A stretch of DNA of 64,000 bases from Tubiluchus corallicola (Eukaryota > Animalia > Priapulida), in contig JAQGDQ010000004.1 in assembly GCA_030141605.1 (NCBI GenBank), positions 682,001-746,000 on the forward strand, given 5' to 3'. Below are positions 11,668 to 25,798 of the stretch, piece by piece. Numbering within the stretch: position 1 is the stretch's first letter; each line of letters opens with the position of its first letter. The position numbers and the translations under genes are program-made. A model generated the notes under the pieces. It did no database searches. It saw only the letters and a list, made by a program, of their open reading frames with translations, and had not been told where the DNA came from.

Positions 11668-14600
11668 CATTTCATCAGTACTGGAGCTAATGTTAAGACA
11701 GCCAGTGTGACATTATCATCCTAGATGGTTGCATAATCACAGACTCCAATACTTATACTTTAATTATTTCTAGGCAGAAGTGTATTCGATTTTTAGATAT
11801 TGGCATGTGGACTTTCAAATTAATATCGCAAGTCATATTCTACATAGCTCATAAATACACAGTTTGTAGTGGCAATTTATATTTCTCACATGTCACGGTA
11901 GTATTATTGTAACATTCAGGGCGTTAACAGTAATTATGAAGCCTAATGTAAAATTTAAATTGACGGAAATTTCAAAACAACAAAATAGAAAAATGTGGGC
12001 CTGAGCTGGGTGGCCGGTCCTGTATTGAGTGGCCGAGTGGTTTAATCTTGCAATCATTTTGGGCTGCAATCATGCAATCTTGAATTTGACCAAGCAGCTG
12101 CAAATGCTAGGGCCTACATGTTATTCGTTGTCTGTGTGCTGCGTCTTTATAGTCCAATCAAGCTAGCCCAAAATGACCCGGACTGGTGTCGGTCAGGTGG
12201 GAAGCGTACGACACCTCTCATACAACTGTGCTGGCGCACGAGAACAGTAGTTGTGAGGCGTAAGTGCAATTCAGGTCATGTGGTAAGCCACCGCGAGGAC
12301 CAGGCATTTCGGTGACGTGGTGATCAATAACTCCGCTGATACACGCGTACACATGTACTAGATTTATTGTGTAACACAATGTTGAAAATATGCTGCAGGT
12401 ACTATTATTACAACACCAAGTTTGCACACAAAAAGAATCAGCTTTTCTAATTTTCGTAAGTTTAACCCTACAAACAAATTGTATGGTTTGTTTTAAATTT
12501 TGATATTATTTGATTCATTTATCACAAAATTTTTAAAACTAGCCATTGTGCGTATAATGCACGCTGCATTTCTGTTTCAGTCATGTACAAGACGCGCATA
12601 AACACTGCGACTGGATAATTATTAGCAATATAAATATGTAAATATATAAATATTTTAAATTAATTGCTTTGTCTTCTTATACGTAAATAATATTCGTGCT
12701 TGTTTTTTGTTGTTGTTATTGTTGTCAGTGTTTAATATTTATTTTTACTTTTACTACTAGTCTACTAATTTCTTTTAATTGGACCACATATGTAACTTAA
12801 TTGTCCAAGTATGTTCGAAAATAAATGATGTTAATAATAAAATACGGTATGCTAACAATTCAATCCACAGAATACTAGAGCAAGGACACGACAAGAATGG
12901 TCCCAAAAAACTTGGGATGACTCAGTTCAATCTCTGGTTGGCATGCATTGATTGACAAAACATGTATGTCTAAAAGAGTTAACTGTAGATTAAAACCAAG
13001 CTACAAACTGAAAAGTGATTTTCATGCAAAGATTTATCGTCAGTGGATTTACGGACAGTTATATAAATGACAAATTACGCAAAGAACGTTGTGCCATGCG
13101 TAGCCTGCAATTTTACGTAATGGCACACAAAGTCCTAATTCACTTTCCACCATATGTCACAATGCGGAACTTATCTGCTTTTCAGATTATTCTCCACGTA
13201 ATATAGCTGAAAGGAAATGATCTTATGTCGCACTGCGTTTAAAAATGCTTTATTCATATAAACTTTCAAGATCATATTTTGAAAGAAGTAAATTCTTAAT
13301 TGAAAGCCATTAAAATCACTCAAACACGTAGCCGATAACTTTTTCATTAAGATAGAAGGGATAAAAAATCTTATACTTGGCAAATGTGGAACACTTAGCT
13401 TCCCTTTTGAACCGTGGTCCCTCTGTTTTCGAGGTTTCTGCAGAATGAACCCTGCAGTTCAAACGAAGCACTTATATTAGATCATTTGTTGCAATATGGC
13501 TTTTAATTACTAATACTTCATAAGAATGCAAACCAAACCAGCTAAAAGAGTTTGTAGACCTAACACACAACATGTAGGAAAAATGGATTTATAAGTACCC
13601 GTTTTGCATTGATGGTTTTCTTCAGTGCTCGAAGGCTTATAAATAATTATAATTATTATTAATAACAATTGCATTCAGTGGAAAATGAGTTTTCCCTCAG
13701 CCTGGAGTCGATTTCTTATCTATTGATTAATTAACGCCAATCATTGATTAATTACTGACCTTTCCTTCATCAGTCTTCGTACAAACCATTTGGGTAACAC
13801 ATACCCGTAATGTAGGACAGTGAGTCACGCATGAATGCATGTATCAATTAATTATTAACGCAACACTTCAGCCGTTGTGGATAGCTATCCAGAATCCTAC
13901 AGGGACTTCTTACACGTGCATAATGAATAAGCAAAAACACGTTTTGTCCTAGTTGCAGAAGCTGTTGCATAAATCTGTTTGAATATACATACATATGCAC
14001 TTAATGCCCAGTTTAGTCCGAAGATGCGAATAGCTTATGTGTGGGCAGAAGCTGCAGGATTATTAGCAACACAAGAGTACAATGATGTCGTTTAGACGAG
14101 ATTACTACATTATCTAGATTATTAATACTTTTTGTATTGCTTAGTGATCCAGTATAGTTGCCTTGGCTTCCCTTGATTGATTTTCCAGGTCGACAGAAAG
14201 ACAAATTTTTTAAATCTGCATTAGAACCTGAACGAGGCATAAATGAGCAACACTGTAAAAACACATGGTAATAAGACAATTGAGTAGTTACTCTAAACGT
14301 TGTGTAAAAAAAGAAAAAATGAAACTAGTGAGCAAACTAACGAACGAACAAACGTAGAAATGAACAAACTAACAGAAAAAGAACAGAAAAACGAATAATG
14401 CAACTGTACAAAGTTAAGCTAATCAGTTTTATTGCTAATATAAATATTGATATTAGTCTTTAGTTTACTTTTTACAGGTATTAGCATAATTCTGCCCCTG
14501 AGCGTTGACAATCAGCAGCTTTATAAATGACAGTCACTGTGGGAGGCTGTCGTGCTTCACGGATATCCGATAATTACACGAAAAGCACCTGACTAGGAAG

Positions 14601-17600
14601 CTGATTACGTTAGAGATTATAGCCAGGTCTATCGTCATTATAACACGGTTGTTAATGTGAAGCCAGGTAACTCTTTAAATGCTCGTGTAAAAACTTTTGA
14701 GTTTGTATATTTAGTAGGCCGCATGATTGTCTATATAAATATAATTGGGCGTACATAGGATCGGCAGTATTCACATGGCATTATAAAATATGGGTCGAGG
14801 ATGCATTGAAATAGGTTCATAGATGTCAAAGATACTTTATACAAGTATGTGAGTTCCAAGAGGCGCAAACCATTGTGCTAAAGGCACTACCACCACTCTC
14901 ACTCCATTCCTAGATTGCTGTTAATGTACAAATGTGTCGAAACATCCAGAGACATATTATAGGTTACTCATCATACGTAGCTTACATTATATGTTACAAT
15001 GAAACCAATTATCAACCACGCTGGTTATTGTATCTCCCGTCTCTCTTTTACTAGCGTGGGCACAAGTGCAATCTAATGCTCATTCGAATTGACAGGCAGA
15101 ACGTTGGTTCGATCAACCAGGGTTTAAAGTGGCTTCGCGCTGACTATACTGGTCATTACATTGGCATTACATGATACACAATTGCATTAAGTGAATTGCA
15201 AGTGACTGTGAAAGACCTCCTGAAAAATGTCATAAAACAGTCTGAAAGTCGGATAAGTTTAACTACTATTCTTGACGAAAATAGCTGCTGACAAGTTAAA
15301 TATGCTGAAGTAGAATTGTTGTTAGGAGCAAAATTTGAGTAACCTAAAAACAGTACTTTTCTTAGAAATTCAAAGGTTGCATAAATTCATTAAGTTGAAC
15401 TAAAGCATCTAAGTGGAAGTAAGACAGTACTCTCGGTAAAGATAGATTAAAAGTTAGGTAAGTTCCTGTAGAAAGTAATGTTCAATTAAAAAACTTTTAT
15501 TGAAAACGGCTCAAAAATACGCAGGTTAAAATGGAAAAAAAATTACCGTTTTGTTAAAAAGCAGTTCCAAAATTTGATTAGCTGAAGCTGCCACTTCACC
15601 TAAATGAACACATACCTAAAACATCTCAAAAACTGAAGACACTGAGGTGTAGCTATAATAGCCCTTACCAAAAAGCCGAATAGGTTGACATAAGCACAGT
15701 TAAAAAATTGGTTAAGTTGACTGAATTAAAAAACTGCTGAAAATCAATTCAAGTCATGCGCTAGTTGAAATAATAAGTTCTCAAACACTGCTAGCAGTTT
15801 CCATTCGCCAGGGGGTCTTGCCATATCTTTCAGTTAATACGGCCGTAATTAATAATTCACGTTGATTGTTACATAACGCTATCTGACGATCTTATCTTTT
15901 TTCTAGTAAAATCGCTATAGGCTGTTATTACCCTCAGTCGCTGCTTTTATTGTGCAATAAAATACAAAAGGATGGTTGATAACTTAGACAACTCAGAATT
16001 AATTACCCAGCGATTAATCATCAATTGAACATGTTAAATCCTAGGTATTCGCAAGGAGCTAGAGATACTCGAAAATTAATATTCCTATGAATCTGATGTC
16101 AACTACACAAATGGTATTTTAATTACAAGTGTAATCAGAAAAGTAAGACCCTGCAGATGAATTCTCTACTATGATTAATTTATGAATGAAAAGGTTACTT
16201 GTTTGCTTGTTTTTTTTGATGTGCCAATCTTCGTTATTTCAGATTTGTCGTCTTTTTACTATTCAACTATTCTTATCATCATTTGTTTGCTTGCTTCACT
16301 GGTAGGCTTGTATGAATGCAATACATCTCGGGCTAAAGATTGATGGCTATATATATATAGTTTTCTTCTTCAGTCAGTCGATTTGGCACTCGATCGGTTG
16401 GTCAGTCTGTCTGTCATTCGTTCATCCAGTTGGTGGGTTGGAGGATCCACCACACAGTCAGTCAGTCAGTCAGCCAGCCAGTAGCTTACACATTCACGCA
16501 CTCACTCACGTATTCCGGCTCAACGAAGTCGCAGGTCTGAGTTTTGAGCTCTACGTAAACTGCATGGCTTCACTGTAATTACATACGGAAGACGCGATGC
16601 AGGCACAGTGTTGCAAGCTCTGTTAGAAGCTCATTTGGAACTAGTAGGGAGATATATGCAAAACAGTTAGGTAACCACGAAGGTTTGTTACTTCTGGGTG
16701 GGCTATATTAACAAAAATCTGTAAGAATTTGTAATGTTACTGTTACAATCGATTTCTGTGTTGACAACTTGTTGCTCCAGACGAGATTTGGCCAAACAAC
16801 TGTATCAAATTTGATTATATGTTGTTTAAATGCTTACTTAGACTGTTACAGTTAATTTTCATATACACCTAACTGCCTAGCGCCTATAATTACGTCTACC
16901 TTTCACTATGAAGTGAGTCTTTTACAGAGTTGTTAAAATCAAGTATAGCGTTGTTTAATTGAAAATACGTGAAGTGTTACAGTTATCTCTTTTTCAGAAT
17001 ATTGTGCCATGCGACTTGAAGTACAGAATTCGTCAGTCATTTAACAACCACTGCAAAACATTTTGTCTTCACTACATGGAGTAGTAGTTCAATTTGCTCC
17101 TAACGTTAAAGTAATGAATTTTGATCGCGTTACGACACGTAGAAGCAATAAAACGATTGTGATCATGACGTGTCTACGTATAACTTGCCTCTCTCTTAAA
17201 CATAGCTAGTAGATAGAGAATTTATTGCTTTAATAAAGTGAAGTTTCTAAATTAGACCAGCCACTCACAATATATTTTCTTATCTATAACCAACCCACGT
17301 TTACGTGTTTCTATCACTTCATGTCTAACTTTGAACAAAAGTGCACTGCTGGTCGAATACGGATCAACGTTTCTCAGAAGCAATATTTAAGCAAATAAAT
17401 TGTACGGCTCGTGTAATTTTTCATCGACAAAACCGCACTGAAGCCAAACATCCTGAAGCTCAAATGCGCATGCCCGATAAGCAACATTCAACTGCTAATA
17501 GTTTTGCATAATTACTGGATAGAGAATTACGTGGAATATTCGCAATTTGGTTGTCATTGTAACATAGTTCTTTGGTGATGTGCCGCTCACAACAGAGCTG

Positions 17601-20600
17601 CATTTGCTGGCGGTGACATTTTTACTTGGATAGCATCGTTTCTTTTTTAACTAATAGCCAATCTTGTATAGCGGAAGAATATAGTCTCAGCAACAGTATT
17701 GTATAGAAGCTTAGAAGGTAAATAGTTCCCTTTTGGCGTATTTAAAATTATCATATTATTAGATGGAGTGTCATAAGGTTAAGGTTCCGTCGCCTAGCTG
17801 GTTGCAATATGTAAAAAAATTAATAAACTGAAATCTTACTGCAAAACCACTCGATTGACTCAACTTCATGCTTCTCGATGACGATTTGATTACAAGATTG
17901 AAGTAGTACTGCTGAAGCCGCATATTTCATGTAGTTCTGTCTTCGGGAGAGAATTTTAATACACATGCTTATTACTAGTGTTGGTGGAAGACACCCACAA
18001 CTGTTCTTCACACTCACCAACAGCGAGAAATCGTGATTATTAGAATTTTAAACCCAGCCAATATTTTCCAAACACTTTAATTGCTCCACTGCCTGGTTGC
18101 ATCATCAGCGTCAAAATGAAAGTAAATTTCTACAACTTCCTTGTCAAAGATGATTATTTGTGGAGTGCTGCGAATGAAATTGCTTTTGCTTTCAGCCCCC
18201 AGTTTAACTTAATTTAGCTCATTTATTATTGCCCTGCTTTCTGAAACTGCTCAAATACTAGCCAACAGGGAAACTATGGGAACTCACTGACATAGTGAAA
18301 TTGAATAATCGTATGTTTGCAACTGTACAGTAGATGTTGCAGCCCTAAGAAATAAAAAATGGGGAAAACACGTAGACATTCCTTTTGTGGTTTGCCGAGG
18401 TTATATTAAAGCGCATGCATTATTCAGGTGGCGAAGCGCAATGGGCGCAGAGCCTACGTGGGTTTGGATGACCAGAAACGTCAAACATACGCGTTTGTCC
18501 ACGTACAGCTTTTCGTTCTTACCTTGCGTGGTCCACGTACACTTTCATGAAGTCTCTTTTTGGTTTCATCATGCTTTTCAATATTTGATACCACAGAGCA
18601 TTCTCTTTCAATTTTGCTAATCATTTCTCTATAAATTTTTACAAACTTCACATTTTCATAAAATCGGAGTATTCAATAGCTAGTTTATTACATAGCCAAA
18701 AAAAAATCGAAAATAAGTTGTTTAAAAAACAGAGCGTTTTTCTACTCGCCTATCGACTTTACCACATCACTGCCAAAACTAGACATAATAATTTTTTAGC
18801 CAGGATGAAAACGTAAGTTTGGTAAAAATGTGACAATCATATAAACGCCTAATTGACGTAATTTCATAACTTACACTGTTTCCTTCTTACGTCGTGATCT
18901 ACAGCTACGGTAACACAGGATGTTATTATCTACTCACTCCTCTACCTAAACTTCATAATAACTGTTTTACTTGACGTTGCACTACTTTCTTCTAGGAGTT
19001 GTAGTACTTCTGTCTTTCTCGTGCCTTCGTCATGATAATTACACATCGTTGCGATGCAATGTCTTACAAATTTCTGTTCAGAAAATTTCGTGTTTTCATT
19101 ATGCTGATATGAAGAATAATATTTGTTAAACTGTAAGTTTCTACAACTGTTTTTCCTCCTATAAACAAGCTATACAATGGCCGTTGCTGTAACTAAGAGA
19201 TTACATGTAATAATTTGTGTTCAGGTAGAGCATCAGAGAATTGGGAAAATCATCCTAAATGGGAAGATTACTTAATATGTTGAAGCCCATTTACAACTTC
19301 GGTAAGTAGTGTACGTTACGGGTCTTGGGACTTGTCGCTTTCAGATTTTCTTTACACATGAATGTGTACTTTGTTGGTGACACATTTACGACATTTGTGA
19401 CACATCAGCACAATTACCAGCAAATCTTGTCAGCAAAATTCTGGAGACATTCTAGCGACTTTATTTGTTCACTGTACGACAATTTTTGTAAACTATACTG
19501 GGAATAATTTTTGCGACTTTTAAGGATGTTCATGATACAGTTACAGATTTTTGTGCATCAAATCTGGACAATAAAAGTTGATTAGCCATAGCATGTGATT
19601 TTTGTAGAACGATAAAAGTTTGAAGGCAAAAGTCGTATAGCGGGTCAGTGCCCTTATATAGCCGCGTGCAGCCCCCTCACACTTATTGTTTAGTATTAAC
19701 ACAGTGGGGCTTTACAGGTTTCAATTTACTATCTTATTTATAAGTTAAAAGGTTCATCAACGTATTCAGTGAAGTTGTGACTAATGATCTACCGACGTTA
19801 CAAAAAATAAAAAGCGAAAAATACGTAGATAAATTTGATTTACTTTCGGTTGATAGTCTGGCAATAGTGAATATTCAAACTTCCACCACGATCTTTGCAA
19901 AATTTTCTTATCTGAAACGAGAAATAAGAAACCGTTGCTAGAGACAGACGTAGTCACACACATATGCGTCAAATTACAAATGTTGTTTTTAAAAAACACG
20001 TCTAAATGAAAATAATAAGCTTTTTATTCAAACGAAACCGAAAAAAATGATAACAATTTTTATACGTGTTAGGCAAAACGTATGGCAAGCATATCTCTTA
20101 AAGAAACGAAAGATGGTATAACATTTCCTTAACCTGCATTGCATTAAGGATCTGTTTTAACAAAGGGTCTAGAGGCCTTTGGCTGCACTGACCTACCTAT
20201 GTCACGTGCTGGTTTGTATTCTTAAACGACTTCGCCAGAATTCATCTTTGATTTTGTATTTCTTTGTTAAGAAATAAAAACTACACATGTGCACAGTAAA
20301 CTAATTGATTTCAGAGCTAGATTTATAATTATGTCAACAAGCTCTTAAATCTAATCTAATGCTCCTTACATGTAGGCGATCTCACCCAATAACCTAATCT
20401 TTTGGTACACGCAACGAGCAGTTGTACAAGCTTTATTATAAGTTAACACAACACAGTTCACTGTGTGGCACGATTTGGGTGATATAGATGTTATAGAAAG
20501 AAAAACTGGTATAGTTGATTAAATTAGTGTTTTGCCAGCTACTGTTTGCTTGTCTTTAAGAGAAGCTTTAGATATTATTCAGTCATGAATTGATGCATCT

Positions 20601-21964
20601 GACTTGTAGATGCAGTCGTCTCAGACTTTCACAACTGCATTGTAATCGGACGTGATGTGTAATCAAATTTCTGCTCATTCCGTGCAGCGTCTTTGAAAGT
20701 GATATTGCGCAAAAAAAATTGGGCGAGCTTTTGCGAATATTCATAATTTTTCTCTTCTCGTGAGCTTAGGCTTGCTGAAAGCCTGAAACGTGTAAAATGT
20801 AACAAAATGACAAAATGGAATTTAATTTTCGTTTTGATTATTTTAGATTTTAAACCACTGTCTGCCAGTTTATTTTCCTGTATTCATGCTTTACTTGCTT
20901 TTTAACCCAGAGTGAAAACCTGCTTGTAAAATGGCTTTACTAAATATTGCCAGAATTAAACACGAGTGATTGATAATCACCACTCATTCAAAGAGATTTA
21001 TGGGATTCTGAGCACGTGAAGCCATAGTGACCGGATGATAATTGTCTAAGGTAATAATTATCCGTTATTAGAGCATCGCACATTATTCCATTAGTTCTTG
21101 ACATATGGCAAGGCGTGGCATGGAATGTAATGTCAAGCACTTATTAGAAAGAGATATAATGACTCGACTGAGAAATGTAAGGAAATATATCGATTTCACT
21201 TAGCAAAGATTATTAAAAGAAAAGTTAAGGTGACTGAAATTTGGGCTTATTTTAATGCTTGCGAAAAATGTTAGAAAGTTTCAGCAGTAAGATTATGACA
21301 GTCAGCGAATTGAATAATTAGTAATATAGAGCTGCAATTATTTTGGAAGAATAATGACGTTATGTTGCCAACAGCAGAAAAGCAGTGCACTGTCTATGCC
21401 GTAAAAGTAAAACTTTCAAAATGTTAGAAAGTTAGAAAGGCAGAATTGTTTCTGGGTTTGGCATTGGCTTTGACAACACACACTTTTGTCTGGTAAGCTT
21501 TGGTCATGATTTTCAAACATGTCAGAAGCCAGATTCGTTTGGTGTGAGTTAAGAAAATTAGGAAATGAATAAAATTTTCTTCTGAACGTTTAAGCGACTT
21601 CCTAGATGTATTATACGGTAATTTCAAAATATTTAGTTGCACGTTAAAATGAATTAAACGTTTATTGATCCATGGCTTTCCTTTAAGATTATCATCTGTT
21701 TTTACTAACACAGATTTGTGTATGAACTGACTACTGCGACTTGTTCTTTATTTAATTTTGACAAGCACCATGTTACGCAACTTGGGCGAATTTTGGACAC
21801 AAAAAACTTACACAATTTGTTCAAATTACGAATCGTAGCAATTTTCTCAGCTTACACGAGCTTCATTAAATCTGAAAGTTTACACTCTAAATGGTCATAC
21901 ACCTGAATCTTCCCTTCAAAGGGCGTGATAGCAGAAAAATGCTCGTATTACATAACATTTACAG

Positions 21965-23637
21965 CTTTCTCAAAGTGGAAGAAAATCACAAGCAACAAGC
22001 TGTCTCAAAATGGAAGAAAATCATTAGCAAGAAAGTTCTATCAAAGTGGTAGAAAATCACGAGCAACAGAGTTCTCTCAAAGTGGTAGAAAATCATTAGC
22101 AAGAAAGTTCTATCAAAGTGGTAGAAAATCACAAGCAACAAGCTCTCTCAAAATGGAAGAAAATCATTAGCAACAAAGCTCTCTCAAAATGGAAGAAAAT
22201 CATTAGCAAGAAAGTTCTATCAAAGTGGAAGAAAATCACGAGCAACAAAGCTCTCTCAAAATGGAAGAAAATCATTAGCAAAACAAAGCTCTCTGAAAGT
22301 GGGAGAAAACCACTAGCAACAAAGCAACAAAACCAACAAAGTTCTCACAAAGTGGGAGAAAATCGCGAGCAACAGAGTTCTCTCAAAGTGGTAGAAAATC
22401 ATTAGCAAGAAAGTTCTATCAAAGTGGTAGAAAATCACGAGCAACAAAGCTGTTTGGAAGTTGGAGAAAACCACTAGCAACAAAGCTGTTTGGAAGTTGG
22501 AGAAAAAAACTAGCAACAAAGCTCTTTGGAAGTGGGAGAAAACCACTAGCAACAAACCTCTTTGGAAGTGGGAGAAAACCACTAGCAACAAAGCTCTCTC
22601 GAAGTGAGAGAAAACCACTAGCAACAAAGCTGTTTGGAAGTGAGAGAAAACCACTAGCAACAAAGCTGTTTGGAAGTTGGAGAAAACCACTAGCAATAAA
22701 ACTCTTTGGAAGTGAGAGAAAACCACTAGCAACAAAGCTGTCTCGAAGTGAGAGAAAACCACTAGCAACAAAGCTCTCTCGAAGTGAGAGAAAACCACTA
22801 GCAACAAAGCTGTTTGGAAGTGGGAGAAAACCACTAGCAACAAAGCTCTCTCGAAGTGAGAGAAAACCACTAGCAACAAAGCTGTTTGGAAGTGGGAGAA
22901 AATCACAAGCAGCAAAGCTCTTTGGAAGTGGGAGAAAACCACTAGCAACAAAGCTCTCTCGAAGTGAGAGAAAACCACTAGCAACAAAGCTCTCTCGAAG
23001 TGAGAGAAAACCACTAGCAACAAAGCTGTTTGGAAGTGGGAGAAAATCACAAGCAGCAAAGCTCTTTGGAAGTGGGAGAAAATCACAAGCAGCAAAGCTC
23101 TCTCGAAGTGAGAGAAAACCACTAGCAACAAAGCTCTTTGGAAGTGGGAGAAAATCACAAGCAGCAAAGCTCTCTCAAAGTAGGAGAAAATCACGAGCAA
23201 CAAAGCTCTCTCAAAGTGGTAGAAAATCATTAGCAAGAAAGTTCTATCAAAGTGGTAGAAAATCACGAGCCACAAAGCTTTCTCAAAGTGAGAGAAAATC
23301 ACTAGCAAAACAAAGCTCTCTGGAAGTGGGAGAAAACCACTAGCAATAAAGCTCTTTGGAAGTGGGAGAAAACCACTAGCAACAAAGCTGTTTGGAAGTG
23401 GGAGAAAATCACAAGCAGCAAAGCTCTTTGGAAGTGGGAGAAAATCACAAGCAGCAAAGCTGTCTCAAAGTGGGAGAAAATTGCTAGCAACAAAGCTCTC
23501 TCGAAGTGAGAGAAAACCACTAGCAACAAAGCTCTTTGGAAGTGGGAGAAAATCACAAGCAGCAAAGCTCTTTGGAAGTGGGAGAAAATCACAAGCAGCA
23601 AAGCTCTCTCAAAGTTGGACGAAATCACAAGCAACAA
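21965..23637. repeat. 36-bp minisatellite, about 46 units, two interleaved subtypes
   Basis: Example unit: aaagctctctcgaagtgagagaaaaccactagcaac. It produces the 12-aa periodic ORFs (RALLLVVFSHFE on minus, ATKLSRSERKPL on plus). Confidence 0.97.
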
Positions 23638-25798
23638 TGTGTATAACAGGAATGATCAATATATTATGACCCAGTGACATAACTTTGGTACAGATGGAAA
23701 TTTACACTCTTGATAGGCGCATAAGGAATATACGATTTAGACACGGACCGTTAAATGTCTATGTACAGTAAAAGCTATGAAATAAATGTGTTACAAGTGA
23801 ACCGAAGTTAGATAAAAAGCGCCTGATGAAAAATTGGAGATCATTTAAAATGGGAAATGTGAGTCAGTTCAAACGAGAATGTGAGTCAGTTCCTTCCTTA
23901 CTCATAACTTGAGTAAGTTCCACATATTTGGTTAAGTGTAAAATGGATGTACTTGATAACGTACAAAAGCGTCAATTTGATGTCCAACTGGTGCTAACTT
24001 CGTATAAATTCAAGCCAAGAGCCAGAGAAACAATCAATTATAGACAAATTTATTCGATTTAGGTTGTAAATTATATTTATTTTCAGTAGCACTCTAATCA
24101 CTTATTGTCTTGGTACAGCAATAAATATTAAGGCTTTTCCTGTCTTTTGTTATTTTCTACAGTTCACATACAGTTGAGAATAAAGATTATAGGTTCGTGC
24201 TATAAAGACTAATAATATCTGAAACAGTAAAATTTACAAGATTATTGCATCAGTTGTAATAATTTGCCTTCATTTATTAAACATGCTCGTCGTTTTATGA
24301 CAACAGTGAATTGATCCAGCATTTTCACATTTTGACGAGAATACGCATACAAGCACATTCGATAACAGAGGTAAGCCTATAGAGGTCTACTGACTATTTA
24401 GGATACACGCTCTTTACTCAACGAGTTTGTCACTGTTTATGACTGCAAAATGAGTTGTCTTTTTGAGCTCTCTTTTTTGTTCCAAATTCATGTAAACAAC
24501 TTGGAATTTGCATAATGAGAATGAAGGTTATACTACAGTTAAAGATAATAGTGGAGCTGAAATATCTGCAAAGCTACTTCTCCAGTAAGTCCGTGCAGAC
24601 ACGGGCAGAAACAGATTTTTTTCTGTCTGAGATTTTCTGTTGTAAAAACTGTTTACTAAAGTTGTACGTAACGCAAAAAAGCGTGAAAACAAAAATGATC
24701 TGTGGCTGCAACTGTAGAAATAACTGTACTTTTTAACTTACTATATTCGTACTTACCCGTAATAATCCAGAGCATAAAAAAACTTTTGATGCAGTGGTCA
24801 GGAAATAACATCACTTTTGGGTTCATCTAATTTTTGGAACAACAGAGCAAACAGGTAATATTACCACAAGTTATAAAAGACGAAGAGAAATTAATGTATG
24901 CATAAGTTTCTTGAGAAAGATCTAATCAGCTACTTTCCAAGTTCTATTGAATTTATTTGCAAATAATTTACGAGTACAATCGACAAATTTTCGCAATGCA
25001 ATTCGTGAAGAGAAACGTTTCAGTGCTGCATTAGTGTACATAATTCATACAATCAGCTTGTTATAGACTATTAAGTATTAGGACTAATTAGTTATTGTTG
25101 AAAAATTTCATTTTATTTTTCATATACACATGTTGTGCATGTAAAATGAAGTTGGAAGAATCTACAATAAAACTTACCTCAAATATTGAACACAATACAT
25201 TGTGCTCAAGAGTAAATAAGTGTAGGCGTAACTACAAGTACAGATTATCAATTCCATAGCTTCATTTCTGTGGAAGACCTAGCACTATGGCGATTCTCTT
25301 CTCGTCATACCTGGAGCAGTCTAAGGTAAACATAAATATTTAATTATTTATGTATCTCACTTTAGCTTCTCCATCTCAGTAGATTTTCTGCATAGCCTAT
25401 TATAAGGCATAAACACATTAAGCAATTAAAATTTATAAAAAAACTGAATTAATCATCAAAGAAATGTTTTAAAATTTACTGTCGTTAATTAATTTAACCC
25501 GCTGCGCAGTCTCAGTAGCAATTCTGGGGGTTTCTGTCCAGAAAAATCTGTCATATGGGTCTGTACAGTTCCTTGACTTTCTGTGCGGAGGTAATGAATT
25601 CGGCGCACATTAAAATGTATTCAAATCGCAATGACAGAAATTTTCTGGTGAATCCGAAGGAAAAAGTCTGTCGTTTTACGAAATATTGCGGGCGCAGTGA
25701 ATAGTTCCTCTTGAAATTAGTCACTTTACAATACGTTAGTGTTGTCAATCAGACTCAAATGACAAATAGATTTTTTTAGTGTTATCTGCGGGCAAATA

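Noticed and set aside
12010-12330. tRNA or SINE starting at the A-box-like tggccgagtgg
   Set aside because: No B box or cloverleaf is recognisable. It may be an old repeat but is unsupported.
17880-18000. hAT dimerisation-domain-like remnant (ISCSSV..ERI)
   Set aside because: It needs several assumed frameshifts and is indistinguishable from chance by eye.
21121-21140. miRNA seeds (miR-1-like TGGAATGTAA here; miR-7-like at 58427)
   Set aside because: The match stops after the seed region and no precursor hairpin is present.
22313-23637. 331-aa and 111-aa hydrophobic minus-strand ORFs as membrane proteins
   Set aside because: They are pure translations of the 36-bp minisatellite, broken by frameshifts, with no unique domain.
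21965-23637. CRISPR array (36-bp repeat length)
   Set aside because: The units are contiguous with no unique spacers, there are no cas genes, and the context is eukaryotic.
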